Assembly: GCA_965287045.1 (NCBI GenBank)
Contig: OZ336877.1
Coordinates: 52,328,001-52,392,000 of the forward strand
Direction: 5' to 3'
Length of the DNA stretch: 64,000 nt
DNA from: Carcharhinus amblyrhynchos
Lineage: Eukaryota
Within the stretch, counting starts at the first letter, position 1; the number at the start of each line of letters is the position of its first letter. The notes beneath the pieces are model-generated. The model was given only the letters and a program-made list of their open reading frames with translations. It made no database searches and was not told where the DNA came from. The position numbers and the translations under genes are program-made. Of this stretch, positions 60,297 through 64,000 are shown in pieces.

Positions 60297-61734
60297 CTGA
60301 GGAAGAAACATTTTTGTTATACAATAAACTAAGTTCTGAAATCAAGAGTGTCTTTCACATGTAGCTGAGTAACAAAAATCTATTCCAGATGCAGTTCTAA
60401 TGAAGCTTCATCTCCCCAGTGGCTTGACAGTTGTTAACATGGAGCACTGAGCTAATTGTTACAATTATGTGCTCCATCAGTTCTGAAGGTATTTTAATTA
60501 TCCATTCTTTGGTATCGCTAATATTGTCCCCCTTTGCTGGTCATAATATTCACTTGTCCTGTAAAACCATTATTTACCCATAACTACAATTCTTGCATTC
60601 AAGTTTATAACATGGTTTGAGGTCAAGTTTGTTAGCACTCTGTTTGTGCTTAAATTCTGGGACAATTTCTCCTGAAACAACATTGCTGTGCTGTTCCTCA
60701 CAATAGACTTTATTATCTATCAGCAGCAGCAATGAAGGAAATGAATGATTCTATTCAGAACTGGATGTTCCTAACTTGTGGGCATGAGCACAAGATGAAT
60801 GTTAGATACAGAGAGTCTCATTGAATAAACAGACCTGTGCCCTGCCCTTTCATTGAGACTAGAAATCTGCTGAGTACAAGACACACCTTACTCTCCCTTT
60901 GACTAGCTTATTTTAACTGGAACAAATGAGGCCAACTCTGTAGTCAAGGTGAAGCATTTAAAGAACAATATCCTTTTGTAGTAGCTTAAAATAAAAGATG
61001 TTACATATTGAAGAAATCTTTTTCAGTAAAATGATGTAGATTGCCAATCAAAAAACCTGGTTAGATATAGCAAGAAATGGCACAGAGGGAGTCTGCACAA
61101 AATCAGGCAGCCTGTCTGGCCAAGTGAACAATAAAATGAAAACCAGGTTTATATTCATGTTTCATGAATTGGCTTATTTTCAATTTATCTGAAAGACCAA
61201 ATTAATCTCCAATTTAATACAGTTTATCTCTTTCAACCATCAAATTCAATTTATACAATTGGTGAAATTCCAACCTATTTTCCAAATGCTGATTGGTCAT
61301 CTGGTATACTGATCTGCAGTATTTGAAGTTGAATAAACAGTTTCACAAATTAAGGTTTATGGCAGCCATTTACATCATCTCAGAAGTATACTTAAACACC
61401 CCTATTAGCCTGTACATTATAACTAACATACATTTACTGCTGGCCTTCAAAAAGAATGTTATTCCACAGAATGGAAGGCATTTAACAACTTTAGAAAACG
61501 TCTCTGTATGAACTGCTTTGTATCATATGCCGGTACAATGCAATCCTCAATAATTAATGGTATTTAGTACACTGTAAATACAACAAATAGGTCATGTGTT
61601 GTTCACCCACCCCTGAAAGCTACTTGTTTGCATTATATTTTGAAAAGCTCTGGGGTACAACTGAAAGTTTGCATTTGGTTTTAGAATTATAAAGCCGCAA
61701 AATTGCAAATTCTCTCCAGATGGAAATGTTGCTC

Positions 61735-63440
61735 GATGCCAGAGGTCAGGAATTCTTCACTGTACTTCAGTGTACATTCTTCACTGTGCTCTTGGAATTC
61801 ATGGCCAGTCAACTGAGCCTGCTACAACTCATTACGCCTGACCTCCATGCTAACATCCACATGCCAAGTTGTCACTAGCCTCATTTGAAGATGTCAAATT
61901 TAGATCAAGTGACAAAGCACCATCAAATTTCCTGGATTTTGCCTGGTACCACACTCAAGGTAAGTACTTCTGTGAGGTGCAGAAATGGCCAGGATCAGCT
62001 ACTCCTGAAAGTGAGGAGTTCCTGGAAAAGAAGAACTGGAGACTTTTCAATTCCATTCTGCCGACTACCATCTGTCCTTGCTTTGGACTGCTCCTCATAG
62101 AGTCAGAGACGGACAGATTTACAGATCTGGATGGAGTCGACACTAGCACTGACCCCCAGAACTGAGGAACAGTTCTGCAATAAGTTCCACATCTTCAGCA
62201 GGGTTGGCAAGGTGATACTTTGGCCATTCACCCTGTTCCATCTTTTCTACCTTGCTCATGCTAGACTTTTGCACAATTGGTAGTTTTTCAAAGTAACATT
62301 TCAATAACTAATCCTTCACAGTTGGTTGGTTACGTGGAGCTCCAACTCAGCATCTTGCACCATGGCTACCCAGCTCTCCACACAATTACTTACTATGCAA
62401 ATTCCTTTCCACTTCTTTAACAATATCATAACCCTATTTTGTTTATTTCACCTCTCTCACGTCACTTAAGGCACACACCTCAACTGCCAGCCTTATCTCA
62501 TTCATTCTACCTTCTTGCAGGACAAATTGTCATACAATGCAAGCTGAACATAGGCCACTGGTAGGGCTTCTCCACTTCTGAGCCCTTCACCGCAGTTGCT
62601 TGCTGCCATTGTCACCTTGGCAATTTGGGAAGGGCAAAACTGATACAACCTTCCATCCTTCCTTCGATTCCTGAATCTCAGTAAGGCTGATACAGACATT
62701 CTTGACTTCTTTCCACTTTGTTTACAAATCCACCATAGCAATGGATCATGCACAGGAGAAGGAAGATGATAATCCCATGACACTTCTGGCAGGTTCAATG
62801 ATGGTGGTGATGGGGAAGGGATTCAACAGGAGTGCAAAAATTGGTTTCATGCTGGCATGAATTTCCTGCAGTATCTTCCACTGGTGCCTGCCATGGCATA
62901 GATCTGATTTGCATTCTGCTATTGTGACGCAGATGAAGACCCGACCGGAATCTACCATCCACGCCCTGATTCTCACCATGCCAGCTGGAAAACATGGCAA
63001 TCTAGAACACATCTGGAACAATGTAGAGTTTGGGACTCACCTGAACAATGCCTGGGACTACCTCTAGAGTTCAGAATGGAGGCTGCCAGCAATGCTGGCC
63101 CTGGAATGCACAACAATGGGTGGAAGGAGCATCTACAGCTGGATCTTCCACCTTCAATGTTATTGAAGTGGTCCCTTTTTCAGTCTCAGAATGGTCCTGG
63201 AAATCCACCCTCCAGACTCAGAGTATTCCTGGAGACCCACCTTCTTTTTCAGGAAGTCCATTTGTTTACTTCAATAGTGGGTCAGTGATTATGGGCGCTT
63301 TTTCAATATGACACCAGTCATGATGGAGGATTATGCATCATCGGGCCTGTCCCACCATGGATTATGTCATAAAATACCTGGTTGCAAAATTAATGAGCTT
63401 GAGGCCGGAAGATATGGCGTAGTTTCCCAACTACCTCCTC
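61735..63440 (-). mobile_element. Possible highly decayed Gypsy-like pol remnant
   Basis: Coding-like composition with weak motifs (RSVMGL, VTMAASNCGEGL...LPVAY) in RT then RNase H order; no intact YxDD seen. Confidence 0.3.
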
Positions 63441-63715
63441 AATGGGAAACATTCCATGTTCCTGCCCCCGCCACAGGAATTTGTTCCAAATGGGAGAATT
63501 CTGTCTGATGAAGCTGAACAAAAGGATGATGAGGACCAAGTCCCCCAGGGTGAAAATCCTCCACTGGTGGCACCCAATCAGAATCCTATCTGGCCTTCCT
63601 TCAATGTTTTCCAGAAAGGCTTGGAGATTTTAATGAGTGAAGTTGCAGATTCTTTGGTCTACTGCTGTGCACTGCTGCACTCTGGGAATGGAAGGGAGAA
63701 AGTAATAAAAATAAT

Positions 63716-63840
63716 ACACAGCACGGTGGCACAGTGGTTAGCACTGCTGCCTCACGGCACCAGGGACCTGGGTTCAATTCCAGCCTTGGGTCACTGTCTG
63801 TGTGGAGTTTGCACATCCTCCCTGTGTCTGCATGGGTTTT
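63716..63840 (+). mobile_element. HE1/V-SINE, 3'-truncated
   Basis: cacggtggcacagtggttagcactgctgcctcacggcaccagggacctgggttcaattcc. Confidence 0.88.
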
Positions 63841-64000
63841 TATGTAGTAAACCCAGTAGCAAGTGAAGAACCAAGAGCCTCTTTTTTACTTGTTTTTCCC
63901 CATTCTGCTTTTGATGACTGCAGCTAAACTATCTACTCACAGGCTGAACGGAAGATTCCAAGTTCAGCCGCTAACACCCATTTCATACCAATACCAGGCC

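Noticed and set aside
60297-64000. Search for the HNF4G zinc-finger (DBD) exons
   Set aside because: No CRYCRL or CxxC nuclear-receptor motif found by eye; these exons presumably lie beyond the window.

Overview
Eukaryotic, repeat-dense DNA, almost certainly from a cartilaginous fish (shark), judged by HE1/V-SINEs, DeuSINE-like SINEs, and CR1/HER1, L2 and Penelope families. The only host gene I can support is the 3' part of the nuclear receptor HNF4G on the minus strand. It has seven coding exons (60296-60190, 56469-56314, 48005-47918, 47784-47632, 46078-45842, 43644-43522, 39324-39200), all with GT-AG boundaries and consistent phases, encoding the hinge, ligand-binding domain and F domain. 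A putative 3' UTR of about 1.3 kb follows; the DNA-binding exons lie beyond 64000. The rest is downstream intergenic DNA and introns filled with decayed mobile elements: CR1, L2, Rex1 and RTE LINEs, SINEs, PIF/Harbinger transposons with MITEs, a hAT transposase relic, solo LTRs and Penelope ends with hammerhead-like motifs. A few repeat-free islands look like conserved non-coding enhancers. Nearly all short ORFs in the track are noise or TE remnants. I found no convincing new multi-gene system. The best leads are a Penelope-derived 50-bp hairpin with a hammerhead core in an HNF4G intron, a templated 306-bp duplication with stuttered junctions, tail-swapped V-SINEs and candidate regulatory islands. 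Family assignments come from recalled consensus motifs, not database searches, and TE boundaries are approximate.
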